Below, in pieces: positions 55,719 to 64,000 of a stretch of DNA of 64,000 nucleotides. The notes below the pieces were generated by a model. It worked only from the letters and a program-made list of their open reading frames with translations, was not told the DNA's origin and made no database searches. Numbering within the stretch: position 1 is the stretch's first letter; each line of letters opens with the position of its first letter. The stretch covers positions 14,361-78,360 of the forward strand of contig JAKAJO010000069.1 of assembly GCA_021813745.1 (NCBI GenBank), given 5' to 3'. The position numbers were made by a program, and so were the translations under genes. Source of the stretch: Acidobacteriota bacterium (GTDB taxonomy: Bacteria; Acidobacteriota; Terriglobia; Terriglobales; Acidobacteriaceae).

Positions 55719-56471
55719 CTACATTGTCTGCGCCGGAAACTCAACTTCCAGCATACGCTCAAGACTCTGGGTTGCCGCGTATAAATCTTGGAGCACGGCT
55801 GGCGAGTTATCCAGTTGGTCACTCTCACTTTCCAGCATGGCGCCAAGTCGGGCGGCCTGCTGGGCTCCGGCCATTCCGCAGCCACCCTTAATGGCGTGTC
55901 CGATTCGCCGCACAGCGGTGGCATTGCCGGCCGCAATGGCCTCCTTGAGGGCCTCACTGCGCTGTCTTAGATCGGAGGCCACCGCCACATACACCTCGCG
56001 AACCATCGACTCGGGCATCAGTTCCCGGAATCGCGCCAGAGTTTCCCGGCTCAGGACCGGCTCGGACGAGTCCGCACTTGAGGGAGCATCGAGCGGAATT
56101 CGCCCCTCAATAAGCTTGGTTAGGACGTCGGCCCCGAAAGGCTTCATCAGGAAGCCATCAGCCGCAGCGACGAGATCTGGCGCACATTGGCTGCCGCTGA
56201 TTACGAAGATGCTTGCTTTGCAGCGCGTTCGCAGGCTCTGAATCAGTTCCACGCCGCTGAAGCCCGGAAGTTGCGCATCCACCAGGATCACCTGCGGAAC
56301 CAGGTCCCCGCGGTCGATCTTGGCGATCGCTTCAGCTCCGTCATTGGCGCTATGAACGGTATATCCGTGCAGTGTGAGAAGAGTCGCGATCACTTCGCGA
56401 CTGATCATGTCGTCGTCAATCAACAGGATCACGGGTAGATCACGGTCAGCGCCAATTCGAAACATAGGCAT
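55719..56471 (-). CDS. Receiver domain fused to an HPt phosphotransfer domain
   Basis: Asp65 in 'VILVDAQLPG', Lys110 in 'LMKPF', and His192 in the HPt motif 'IGHAIKGGCGMAGA'. Confidence 0.8.
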   Translation of the reverse strand: MPMFRIGADRDLPVILLIDDDMISREVIATLLTLHGYTVHSANDGAEAIAKIDRGDLVPQVILVDAQLPGFSGVELIQSLRTRCKASIFVISGSQCAPDLVAAADGFLMKPFGADVLTKLIEGRIPLDAPSSADSSEPVLSRETLARFRELMPESMVREVYVAVASDLRQRSEALKEAIAAGNATAVRRIGHAIKGGCGMAGAQQAARLGAMLESESDQLDNSPAVLQDLYAATQSLERMLEVEFPAQTM

Positions 56472-56498
56472 CCATCACCTTGCAGCCCGTAAGGGCCT

Positions 56499-59087
56499 TT
56501 ACTCGTTCGATACTGCAACCTCGTGGAGCCATCCGGGCGCCTTCAGCAGTTCGCGCGGTCGGGATCCGTCCGCCGGTCCCACCAACCCATCGCGCTCCAT
56601 TAAATCAATTAAATGGGCAGCCCTGCCATATCCAATTCGTAACCTGCGCTGCAACAGCGAGGTTGAAGCCTTGCCAAATTCAAATACCAGACGGACCGCG
56701 TCATCAAACAGCGGATCGTTTTCGTCTTCGCCGGAGATGCCGCCTTCGCTGGCGGGCTTTTCATCCCGCGGCGATTCCAGGAAGCCCTCTGCGTACTCGG
56801 CTGCGCCTTGCTCCTTCCAGAAACTCACAATCGCAGCCGTTTCTTTTTCACTGACATAGGGGGCATGGAGCCGCATGAGCCGGCTGGTGCCCGGAGGCAA
56901 AAAGAGCATATCGCCACGGCCCAACAGCGCCTCGGCGCCGTTGGTGTCAATAATGGTCCGGGAGTCCACTTTGGTGGCCAGGCGGAAGCTGATGCGGGTT
57001 GGCACGTTGGCCTTGATGAGGCCTGTAATGACGTCAACACTCGGCCGCTGGGTCGCCAGGATGAGGTGAATACCGACGGCACGGGCCATCTGTGCAAGCC
57101 GCGTAATGGACTCTTCAACGTTGGCCCGATCCAGCATCATCAGGTCGGCCAGTTCGTCGATGATGATGACGATATAGGGCAGCGGCTCCTCAGGTTCGCC
57201 TTCGTCAAAAAGGGAAGGCATGGTTCCTTCGAAGAGCTTGTTGTACTGGTCGATGTTCCGGACGCTGCGGGAAGCCAGCAGCTTGAGCCTGCGTTCCATC
57301 TCGCGGACGGCATTGCGCAAGGCGTTTGCCGCGAGCTTGGGTTCGGTAATGATCGGTGTGAACAGGTGCGGAATGCCCTCGTACATGCCGAGTTCCACGC
57401 GCTTCGGGTCAACCAGGATGAGGCGCACCTGCGCGGGTGTTGTACGAAAGAGCAGGCTCATAATCATGGCGTTAATCGCTACGGATTTGCCGGATCCCGT
57501 CGATCCCGCGATCAGAACGTGCGGCATCGAAGCCAGATCGGCCGTCACGATCCGGCCGTTGATGTCTTTCCCCATTGCCAGCGTGAGGCGTGACTTGGCT
57601 TTGGCGAAAGTTTCCGACTCCAGTACATCGCGCAGATGAATGGTTTCCCGCTCGTGGTTCGGCACCTGAATGCCGACTGTGCTCTTGCCCGCCATACGCT
57701 CAATCAGAATGCTTTCAGCTCGCATGGCAAGACACAGGTCTTCAGCAAGGCCCGTGACGCGTGAGTATTTCACGCCCGCCTCGGGCTTGAACTCATAAGT
57801 TGTGACCATGGGGCCTGGGTTGATTTGCACGACCTGGCCGCGGACATCAAACTCCGCGCACTTTTCCACAAGAACCCTAGCCTCTTCCCGCAAGGCATCT
57901 TCGCGGACTGTCTGGGGCCCGCTGCCTGCATTCAAAAGAGTGCTTGGCGGCAGCTTGAATCCACTGACGCGCTTTGGAGCCACCGTGGCACTTCGAATTT
58001 CGGCGTCGGCCCTCTCGTGGATTGCAATCTCCTCCTGGACCGGGGCCTGGACCGGGGCCGGCGTCGGCGTCGGGCGCAATTCCACCACACGCGCGCTGAT
58101 TTGAGGCGACGGATGGGGCACGGCGTCCGCGGAGGGCGCTTCCTGTTTTGGCGCCGCCTGTTCCTCCAGTTGCGGGGAACTCACTTCGCGCCGCTCCCAG
58201 ATGCTGCGGCGCATTCCATAGGCGGAAGGAGCATCTTCCTGCTCCGGTACAGCCGTAGCCCGTTGATAGGCAGGAATCTCCTCGATCGGATCCGTATCCT
58301 GGCTGCGATCGCGCCGGCCAAAAAGAGCTGCAAGCCGGCTAAGGCGCGGCCTGAGTTGCACTTCTTGTTCGGGTGCCTCAGGCCCATCCAAAGTTCCTGT
58401 AAAGAGACTCTGGTCGGGGCCCGGTGACTCCTGGGCTGCGCGAGCCAGCTCGGCCTCAGCCTTGCGTTCGGCGCGTTCCTCCCGCAGGTTTTGCCAGCGC
58501 TCGTACCAGGCCACGATCTGAATCCAACGGTCCTCAACAATCTGCTTGAGGGTCCAGATACTGACGGCAGACGCAAAATAGAGCCCAGCGACGGCAAGTG
58601 CAACTGCCAACACCCATGCCCCCGGCGGATTCAAATACGCGACCAGCACACCGGCGACAAGGTGCCCGACCACGCCCTCCACCGGAACCGCATGCATCCA
58701 GTGCCAGTGCCAGGGCAAGAGCCCGAAAAGCGCGGGAACGAATCCCAAAGCAGAGATGCAGCCCATCCAGCGAAGCCATGCGGGGCTCCCGGAGCGTGAA
58801 CGCAGCCAGTCCCAACCAAGCGAGCCCAGCCAGAAAGGAAGCAGGAAAGCCGCCAGACCCAGCCATTGCAACAGCAAGTCACTGAGCCATGCGCCCAGGA
58901 TGCCAACCCAGTTGTGCACCTTGTGGGCCATGGACGGATCCACAGAAGTACTTCCCGAAGGATCTGCTGGGTGGTAAGTGGCAAGGGCAAGGAAAAGAAG
59001 GATGGAGACAAGCACGGCCGCGAACCCCATCAGCACTTCAAGGGCACGGTTCCGCTTCGGTGGCAAAGCGATCGGGATCGGCTTCAT
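56499..59087 (-). CDS. ftsK: DNA translocase FtsK
   Basis: Start ATG 59087. Four TM helices and a P/Q/E-rich linker. Walker A 'GSTGSGKSV', Walker B 'IIIDELADLMM', gamma domain 'LLQRRLRIGYGRAAHLIDLMERDG'. Confidence 0.9.
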   Translation of the reverse strand: MKPIPIALPPKRNRALEVLMGFAAVLVSILLFLALATYHPADPSGSTSVDPSMAHKVHNWVGILGAWLSDLLLQWLGLAAFLLPFWLGSLGWDWLRSRSGSPAWLRWMGCISALGFVPALFGLLPWHWHWMHAVPVEGVVGHLVAGVLVAYLNPPGAWVLAVALAVAGLYFASAVSIWTLKQIVEDRWIQIVAWYERWQNLREERAERKAEAELARAAQESPGPDQSLFTGTLDGPEAPEQEVQLRPRLSRLAALFGRRDRSQDTDPIEEIPAYQRATAVPEQEDAPSAYGMRRSIWERREVSSPQLEEQAAPKQEAPSADAVPHPSPQISARVVELRPTPTPAPVQAPVQEEIAIHERADAEIRSATVAPKRVSGFKLPPSTLLNAGSGPQTVREDALREEARVLVEKCAEFDVRGQVVQINPGPMVTTYEFKPEAGVKYSRVTGLAEDLCLAMRAESILIERMAGKSTVGIQVPNHERETIHLRDVLESETFAKAKSRLTLAMGKDINGRIVTADLASMPHVLIAGSTGSGKSVAINAMIMSLLFRTTPAQVRLILVDPKRVELGMYEGIPHLFTPIITEPKLAANALRNAVREMERRLKLLASRSVRNIDQYNKLFEGTMPSLFDEGEPEEPLPYIVIIIDELADLMMLDRANVEESITRLAQMARAVGIHLILATQRPSVDVITGLIKANVPTRISFRLATKVDSRTIIDTNGAEALLGRGDMLFLPPGTSRLMRLHAPYVSEKETAAIVSFWKEQGAAEYAEGFLESPRDEKPASEGGISGEDENDPLFDDAVRLVFEFGKASTSLLQRRLRIGYGRAAHLIDLMERDGLVGPADGSRPRELLKAPGWLHEVAVSNE

Positions 59088-59260
59088 GTTGGGGACGCTT
59101 CCAGCCCGTAAAGAATGCCAGCGCACAGCGGCAACCGTCAGGGCCGAGGAGAAATCCCAGAGCAGTCTCTATTATTGCCCTTCAGTGCGGGCTCGCCGGG
59201 TAAAAAGCTGCGCGGAGGAATCTTGCTGTCTACCCCCGCGCTGATCTGTAACCCGGGTTG

Positions 59261-60139
59261 TTAGCTGCCGAGAAGATGAGAGCCGAAGGCAAGCAGGAAA
59301 ATTCCCAGCACGATCCGGTAGATGGCGAAGATGGCAAAGCCATGCCTCCGAACCCACAGCAGAAACCACTCGACAACGCCGAGGGCCACAATAAACGAAA
59401 CGATGAAGCCGATGAAAAGGACAATCCAGCGTTCCGGGTCCATCGTGACGTGGGCCGCGGCGGCGGTTCCCGCCGCCATCTTGACCGGGTGAATCTCCTT
59501 TAAAAGATCGTAGCCTGTTGCAGAGAGCATCGTTGGAATGGAGAGCAGGAAGCTGAATTCCAGTGCGGAGGGGCGATCGAGGTTGGCGATTTGTCCTGCG
59601 GCAATGGTTGACATGGAACGCGATACGCCAGGAAAAATCGCCGAGAGCGCCTGGCACAAACCGATCCAGATGGACTGCCCGAGGCTCATCTCTTCCACAT
59701 GCGTCGTTGTCGCCTCCAGGCGCGAGAACCAGACATCGACAATCCACATCACGATGCCGCCAATCAGCAGGGCGAGGGCCATGACGGAGATGCTGCCCAG
59801 GTTCTTATCACTCCATTTCTTCAGCAGAAGCGCGGGCGCCGACGTAAAGGCAAAGGCGATCAAAGTCAGTGAAATCGGATGCGTGAGCCAGTTGCGATTT
59901 CCGTTTTCGCCCTCGGGAAATGTCCGCAAAAATCCCACAATCCGGCCCAGATAGAGCAGCAACAGTGCAAGAATCGCGCCAGCTTGAATGACGATGGTGT
60001 ACATCTTCCAGTACGCATCATCCATCGGAATCCGCATCAGTGCCTCGGTGATGCGAAGATGTGCCGTGGAACTGACAGGGAGAAACTCCGTCAGGCCTTC
60101 AACGATGCCCAACAGAACTGACTGAATGTAAACGTTCAA
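59261..60139 (-). CDS. uppP: Undecaprenyl-diphosphate phosphatase
   Basis: TTG 60139 is preceded by GGAGG. 'GIVEGLTEFLPVSSTAHL' and 'PGVSRS'. Confidence 0.9.
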   Translation of the reverse strand: MNVYIQSVLLGIVEGLTEFLPVSSTAHLRITEALMRIPMDDAYWKMYTIVIQAGAILALLLLYLGRIVGFLRTFPEGENGNRNWLTHPISLTLIAFAFTSAPALLLKKWSDKNLGSISVMALALLIGGIVMWIVDVWFSRLEATTTHVEEMSLGQSIWIGLCQALSAIFPGVSRSMSTIAAGQIANLDRPSALEFSFLLSIPTMLSATGYDLLKEIHPVKMAAGTAAAAHVTMDPERWIVLFIGFIVSFIVALGVVEWFLLWVRRHGFAIFAIYRIVLGIFLLAFGSHLLGS

Positions 60140-60157
60140 GAATCCTCCGGAATGCCC

Positions 60158-61180
60158 TCAGGGACGATCGATGCCGTAGACGGGAACACCCTGATCTAAT
60201 TTGAACACGAGCGCCGCGGCTCTCCATGTGTAATCTGACTGCGGAAACTTGTTCTTCAACTGGGCGGCCAGATCACTCGCATGTCTGTGAGATTCCTCTT
60301 GCCGCTTTTTATTTCCGTCTGCGCCTTCCATGTCGGTCAGCACGGCCTGGCGATAACAGGCCTCGTAGAGCGCTCGAGCTGTTCGGGGTCCGTCCGGATG
60401 CTCAGCGGCATAGTGCTCATAGATTGCGGTTTCTTTTTCCGGGCATTTCTCCTGGCCTTCCCAATCGCCGCAAAGCTCGTTGTCGATCAGGTCGAAGGCG
60501 GCCAGATCGGCCCAGCGCGTGTGCGGATAGTATTTGATGACTTTCCGCAGTTCGTCCTCATCCATCTGCTCACGCAGCGCCGGGTTCTGGAGCTTGGCGG
60601 AGGGCAGGGAGTGGTAGTCCGCTCTCTGCAATTGCCAGCGAATATCCGCCGCGCGCCAGGCAGCCTCAGCGGCGAGCGGAGAATTGGGAAACATCTCCAC
60701 CACACGGCGATAGAGGAGGCGCGCTGACTGGGCCGCATGGGCCGGGCCCCTGGGATCTGCGGCCAGCGCTTCTTCCGACGCAGCCGCTCCCAGCAGCACC
60801 TGGTCACCATTCGGCGTGTTCTCCGCGACGATCCCCTTGGCTTGCATCCACCCGGTGATGGGGGGAGGCGTATCGTTGCTCCCGAAGACCGGGACATCGC
60901 TGGACTGCTCTTCCTCGATGTCAGTGTTGGCGTAGACCCGCAGCCAATCGCCACTCCGTTCTGCAATTACCATCTCCCGGCCAATCTGAACGCGGTCAAC
61001 CTTTTGCGAACTGGTATCGGCTGAGATATAAAGCCATGTCACGCGCAGGGGAGTCGCGCGCGGTCCCGCGAGCGGCTTCACCATCTGTGGAGGCCGCTTC
61101 TGGGCCATCATCATCGGAATGCAACTGCACGCCGCCAGGGCAACAGCAAGGATTTGGATCTTCATCCCAGAAAGCATCAT
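60158..61180 (-). CDS. Secreted hypothetical protein (SH3-like N-domain, helical C-half)
   Basis: Has a signal peptide and 'AERSGDWLRVYAN'. No family recognised. The start is ambiguous (61180, 61177 or 61165). Confidence 0.6.
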   Translation of the reverse strand: MMLSGMKIQILAVALAACSCIPMMMAQKRPPQMVKPLAGPRATPLRVTWLYISADTSSQKVDRVQIGREMVIAERSGDWLRVYANTDIEEEQSSDVPVFGSNDTPPPITGWMQAKGIVAENTPNGDQVLLGAAASEEALAADPRGPAHAAQSARLLYRRVVEMFPNSPLAAEAAWRAADIRWQLQRADYHSLPSAKLQNPALREQMDEDELRKVIKYYPHTRWADLAAFDLIDNELCGDWEGQEKCPEKETAIYEHYAAEHPDGPRTARALYEACYRQAVLTDMEGADGNKKRQEESHRHASDLAAQLKNKFPQSDYTWRAAALVFKLDQGVPVYGIDRP

Positions 61181-61192
61181 AGTGCAACGACG

Positions 61193-62182
61193 CTAAATCT
61201 TGGATTCCGTGAGCACTTGGGCGAGCATGGATGGCGCCACATTGCCGCCGCTCACGACTGCAACCGCACTTTGGTAGTGTGGCAACTGATCTGCGTGAAA
61301 GAGCAATGCGGCGGCAGCGACCGCGCCGCTTGGCTCAGGAACCAGCCGAGCCGATGCGACAATGGCGCGCATGGCGGCTCGAATCTCATCTTCAGTGACC
61401 GTGAGAATTCCATCCACAAAGGCCTGGATGTGCTCGAAGTTACGTTTGCCCACGCTCTGTGTCCGGAGGCCGTCTGCGATGGTTCTGCTGGTCAGTTCCG
61501 CGGGCCATTCGACAACCCGGCCCGTGCGGAAACTCTCCGCAGTGTCGCCGGCCAACTCAGGCTCGACTCCAAACACTTTGGCGCGTGGAGAAAACTGCTT
61601 TACCGCAGCTGCAACGCCGCTCAGCAGCCCCCCACCGGAGACTGGGACCAGGACAAGATCAATATCCGGGAGGGCTTCGGCGATTTCCAGTCCGCATGTC
61701 GCCTGGCCCGCAATAATCTCCGCGTCATCGTAGGGAGGAACGACGATGTAGCCGTGCTCCCGGACAAGTTCCTCCGCTTTGGCAAGACGTTCGCTTGATG
61801 CGGGGCCCACATCCACTACCTCTGCGCCATAGGCGATCGTGGCGGCACGTTTGATGGCAGGTGCGTTCGACGGCATCACAATGACAGCTTTTGCGCCAAC
61901 CGCGCGGGCAGCATAGGCGACGCCCTGCGCGTGGTTGCCGCTGGAGTAGGTAATCACGCCGCGGCGTATCTCTTCGGGTGTGAGCTGCAGAATCTTGTTT
62001 GCCGCACCTCGAATCTTGAATGCGCCAATGGGCTGCAGGCTCTCCGCTTTAAGCCAGACCACGCCGGATACCCCTGGAAAGGCGGCGCGAATGAGTGGAG
62101 TCTGGACGGCGATGCCGGCAATCCGTGCCGCCGCCGCGCGAATGGTATCGAGTGTGGTCAGAGATTCAGCTGCAAAACTCAT
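61193..62182 (-). CDS. PLP-dependent threonine/serine dehydratase (no ACT domain)
   Basis: 'GAFKIRGA', 'SSGNHAQG' and 'SGGGLLSG'. 329 aa. Confidence 0.85.
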   Translation of the reverse strand: MSFAAESLTTLDTIRAAAARIAGIAVQTPLIRAAFPGVSGVVWLKAESLQPIGAFKIRGAANKILQLTPEEIRRGVITYSSGNHAQGVAYAARAVGAKAVIVMPSNAPAIKRAATIAYGAEVVDVGPASSERLAKAEELVREHGYIVVPPYDDAEIIAGQATCGLEIAEALPDIDLVLVPVSGGGLLSGVAAAVKQFSPRAKVFGVEPELAGDTAESFRTGRVVEWPAELTSRTIADGLRTQSVGKRNFEHIQAFVDGILTVTEDEIRAAMRAIVASARLVPEPSGAVAAAALLFHADQLPHYQSAVAVVSGGNVAPSMLAQVLTESKI

Positions 62183-62194
62183 GGGAACCAGCCG

Positions 62195-63850
62195 CTATAT
62201 TTCCATAATCACGGGCATGATGAGAGGCCGTCGCCCTGTGGTCTTCTGGATCAGCCGCTTCAGGTCGGCGCGAATCTTGTCCTTTACCATTCCGTAGTCC
62301 GACTTCTGCTCGCCGCTCAATTCATCGAGCGTCTTGAGGACTGTTTCACGGGCCTGATCCGTGATGTCTGCGCCCCCAAAACCGCGCATCACCACCTCCG
62401 GCGCAAGTTCCAGCTGGCCCGTGCGCTTGTTGATGCCGATGACCGCTAGGACGATCCCATCCTCGCTCAAAATGCGGCGATCGCGAATGACCAGTTCTTC
62501 AACAACGTCGATCGATGAGCCCGAGTCGATCAGAATACGGCCCGCGGTGACTTTGTCTTTCTTGCGGGCGTCATTCTTGTCCAGTTCCAGCACATCCCCG
62601 TCTTCAATGACGATGGCATGCTCCACTGCGCCAGTTTCCATGGCGACCTGGGCATGACGACGGAGATAGCGGTAGTCGCCGTGTACCGGGACGAAGAACT
62701 TGGGTCGCACAAGGTTAATGAGGAGTCGCATCTCTTCCTGGCTACCGTGCCCGCTCACATGAATCAGGCCGCTCGATCCGTCATCACAAATGACATGGGC
62801 ATCTCGGCGGTAGAGATGGTCAATGACGCGGAAGATCCCTTTTTCATTTCCCGGAATAATGCGAGAACTCAGCACCACCGTATCTCCGGGATCGATTTTG
62901 GCATGCTTGTGATTGTCGACCGCGGCACGGCTGAGTGCACTCATAGGCTCGCCCTGCGTGCCGCTGATCAGCACCATGAGTTGATCCGCCGCATAGTCGC
63001 GCATCTGTCCGGGATTAATGACGAGACCCGGAGGAAGATCAATATAACCGAGATCCTGCGCAATCTCGGTGCTCTCCACCATCGTTCTCCCAATGACGGC
63101 CACTTTGCGCCCGTGCGCTCGCGCCAGCTCCATAGCAATCCGGATTCGGTAGATCGAGGATGAAAAACAGCTAAAGAAGAGCTTCTTTCTGGCTCGAGAG
63201 AAGACTTCGTCCAGGCGCGGCACGACAGAGCGTTCGCTGGGCGTGTAGCCGGAACGTTCAACATTCGTGGAATCCTGAAGCAAGGCAAGCACGCCACGCT
63301 TGCCGTACTCTGCGAAAGTGTGCAGATCGAACGGCTTTTCATCCAACGGTGAAAGATCGATCTTGAAGTCGCCCGTGTGAATCACAACGCCGACCGGCGT
63401 ATCGATGGCCAGCGCCACGCAATCGACCAGGGAATGCGTCACCCGGATGGGCTCGATGGTAAATGGACCAATTGAGAATTTTTCTCGCGGACTGATTTCG
63501 ATCAGTTCAGTCTCGTCGAGCAGTTGATGCTCTTCGAGCTTACCTTCCACATAGGCGAGCGTGAACTCAGTGGCATAGACCGGGACCTTGATTTCGCTCA
63601 GGATCCAGGGCAGGCCGCCAATGTGGTCCTCGTGGCCATGTGTCAGTACGATGCCGCGCACGTGGGCCTTGTTTTCGACCAGATAGGAGATATCGGGCAC
63701 AACGATGTCAACGCCCAGCAACTCAGTCTCTGGAAACATGAGTCCCGCGTCGATCACGATGATGTCGTCTTCCCATTGCAGGGCGAGGCAGTTCATGCCG
63801 AACTCGCCGAGTCCGCCAAGGGGGATGATTTTCAGCTTCTTAGTTTGCAT
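62195..63850 (-). CDS. rnj: Ribonuclease J
   Basis: '[14 protein letters not shown]' and 'HGHEDHIGG'. Beta-CASP architecture. 551 aa. Confidence 0.9.
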   Translation of the reverse strand: MQTKKLKIIPLGGLGEFGMNCLALQWEDDIIVIDAGLMFPETELLGVDIVVPDISYLVENKAHVRGIVLTHGHEDHIGGLPWILSEIKVPVYATEFTLAYVEGKLEEHQLLDETELIEISPREKFSIGPFTIEPIRVTHSLVDCVALAIDTPVGVVIHTGDFKIDLSPLDEKPFDLHTFAEYGKRGVLALLQDSTNVERSGYTPSERSVVPRLDEVFSRARKKLFFSCFSSSIYRIRIAMELARAHGRKVAVIGRTMVESTEIAQDLGYIDLPPGLVINPGQMRDYAADQLMVLISGTQGEPMSALSRAAVDNHKHAKIDPGDTVVLSSRIIPGNEKGIFRVIDHLYRRDAHVICDDGSSGLIHVSGHGSQEEMRLLINLVRPKFFVPVHGDYRYLRRHAQVAMETGAVEHAIVIEDGDVLELDKNDARKKDKVTAGRILIDSGSSIDVVEELVIRDRRILSEDGIVLAVIGINKRTGQLELAPEVVMRGFGGADITDQARETVLKTLDELSGEQKSDYGMVKDKIRADLKRLIQKTTGRRPLIMPVIMEI

Positions 63851-64000
63851 CTTTCAGTTTGATGCTAACATCCTTCCCGTTCCTGCAGATTTCTTGGCGC
63901 CTCTCTGCAGTTGATAGTGCTGAAAGCCATTCGGCCGCGTCGATAGAAAGGTTTCATGGTGCCTCGCTGGTTGGAGTGGTTCAGAATGACGATGCGGCAG

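Noticed and set aside
63851-64000. The terminal 150 nt upstream of rnj, checked for the 3' end of another minus-strand gene or a small ORF.
   Set aside because: The open frames give non-protein-like sequence, and the region is too short to judge. It is probably the rnj promoter and leader.
1-64000. A whole-window scan for tRNA T-loop motifs (GGTTCGAATCC-like), rRNA, CRISPR repeat-spacer periodicity, transposase/integrase/recombinase ORFs, phage genes and known defence-system signatures.
   Set aside because: None was found by eye. All ORFs over 100 aa that are not shadow frames are accounted for by the features listed. Running tRNAscan-SE, Infernal and a defence-system finder would confirm this.

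Overview
This is a 64-kb, densely coding chromosomal segment, about 58-60% G+C by eye, with roughly 53 protein genes on both strands. I recognised no rRNA, tRNA, CRISPR array, transposase, integrase or prophage gene. The gene content suggests an Acidobacteriota (Terriglobia-like) chromosome, but that is inference only. The supporting genes are a Ser/Thr kinase with a TolB-like plus TPR tail, an OprB porin, beta-propeller lipoproteins, GT39/GT87 envelope glycosyltransferases and many signal-peptide proteins of unknown family. Most genes are housekeeping: guaA, pyrH, ftsK, ftsB, uppP, rnj, mtnA, hemW, mscL, cutA, malic enzyme, pgi, manA, phosphohexomutase, ccmE/A/B, ybaK and several dehydrogenases. 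They are interspersed with sugar uptake and degradation genes (GH42, MFS, SSS, OprB). The window reads as core chromosome rather than an accessory island, and I did not find a complete, convincing new multi-gene system. The items most worth a second look are listed here. (1) A G8 homopolymer lies exactly at a frameshift in a GT87-like glycosyltransferase. (2) A partial ccm operon has a CxxxY-type CcmE and has ybaK translationally coupled between ccmA and ccmB. (3) Three tandem diverged lipoprotein beta-propeller paralogues each have the lipobox Cys at residue 26. (4) A lipoprotein has a central chymotrypsin-fold protease domain and a duplicated C-terminal module. (5) A three-gene cluster encodes a secreted protein, a DUF421 protein and a second secreted protein. 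(6) A lower-GC orphan segment of about 1 kb carries convergent overlapping small ORFs. (7) A REC-HPt fusion and a NarL-type regulator sit directly downstream of ftsK with no kinase nearby. (8) An orphan RcnR-like regulator has a nested palindromic operator. (9) MscL carries a CxxC-x10-CxxC tail. All family assignments come from reading motifs by eye. No database search was run.
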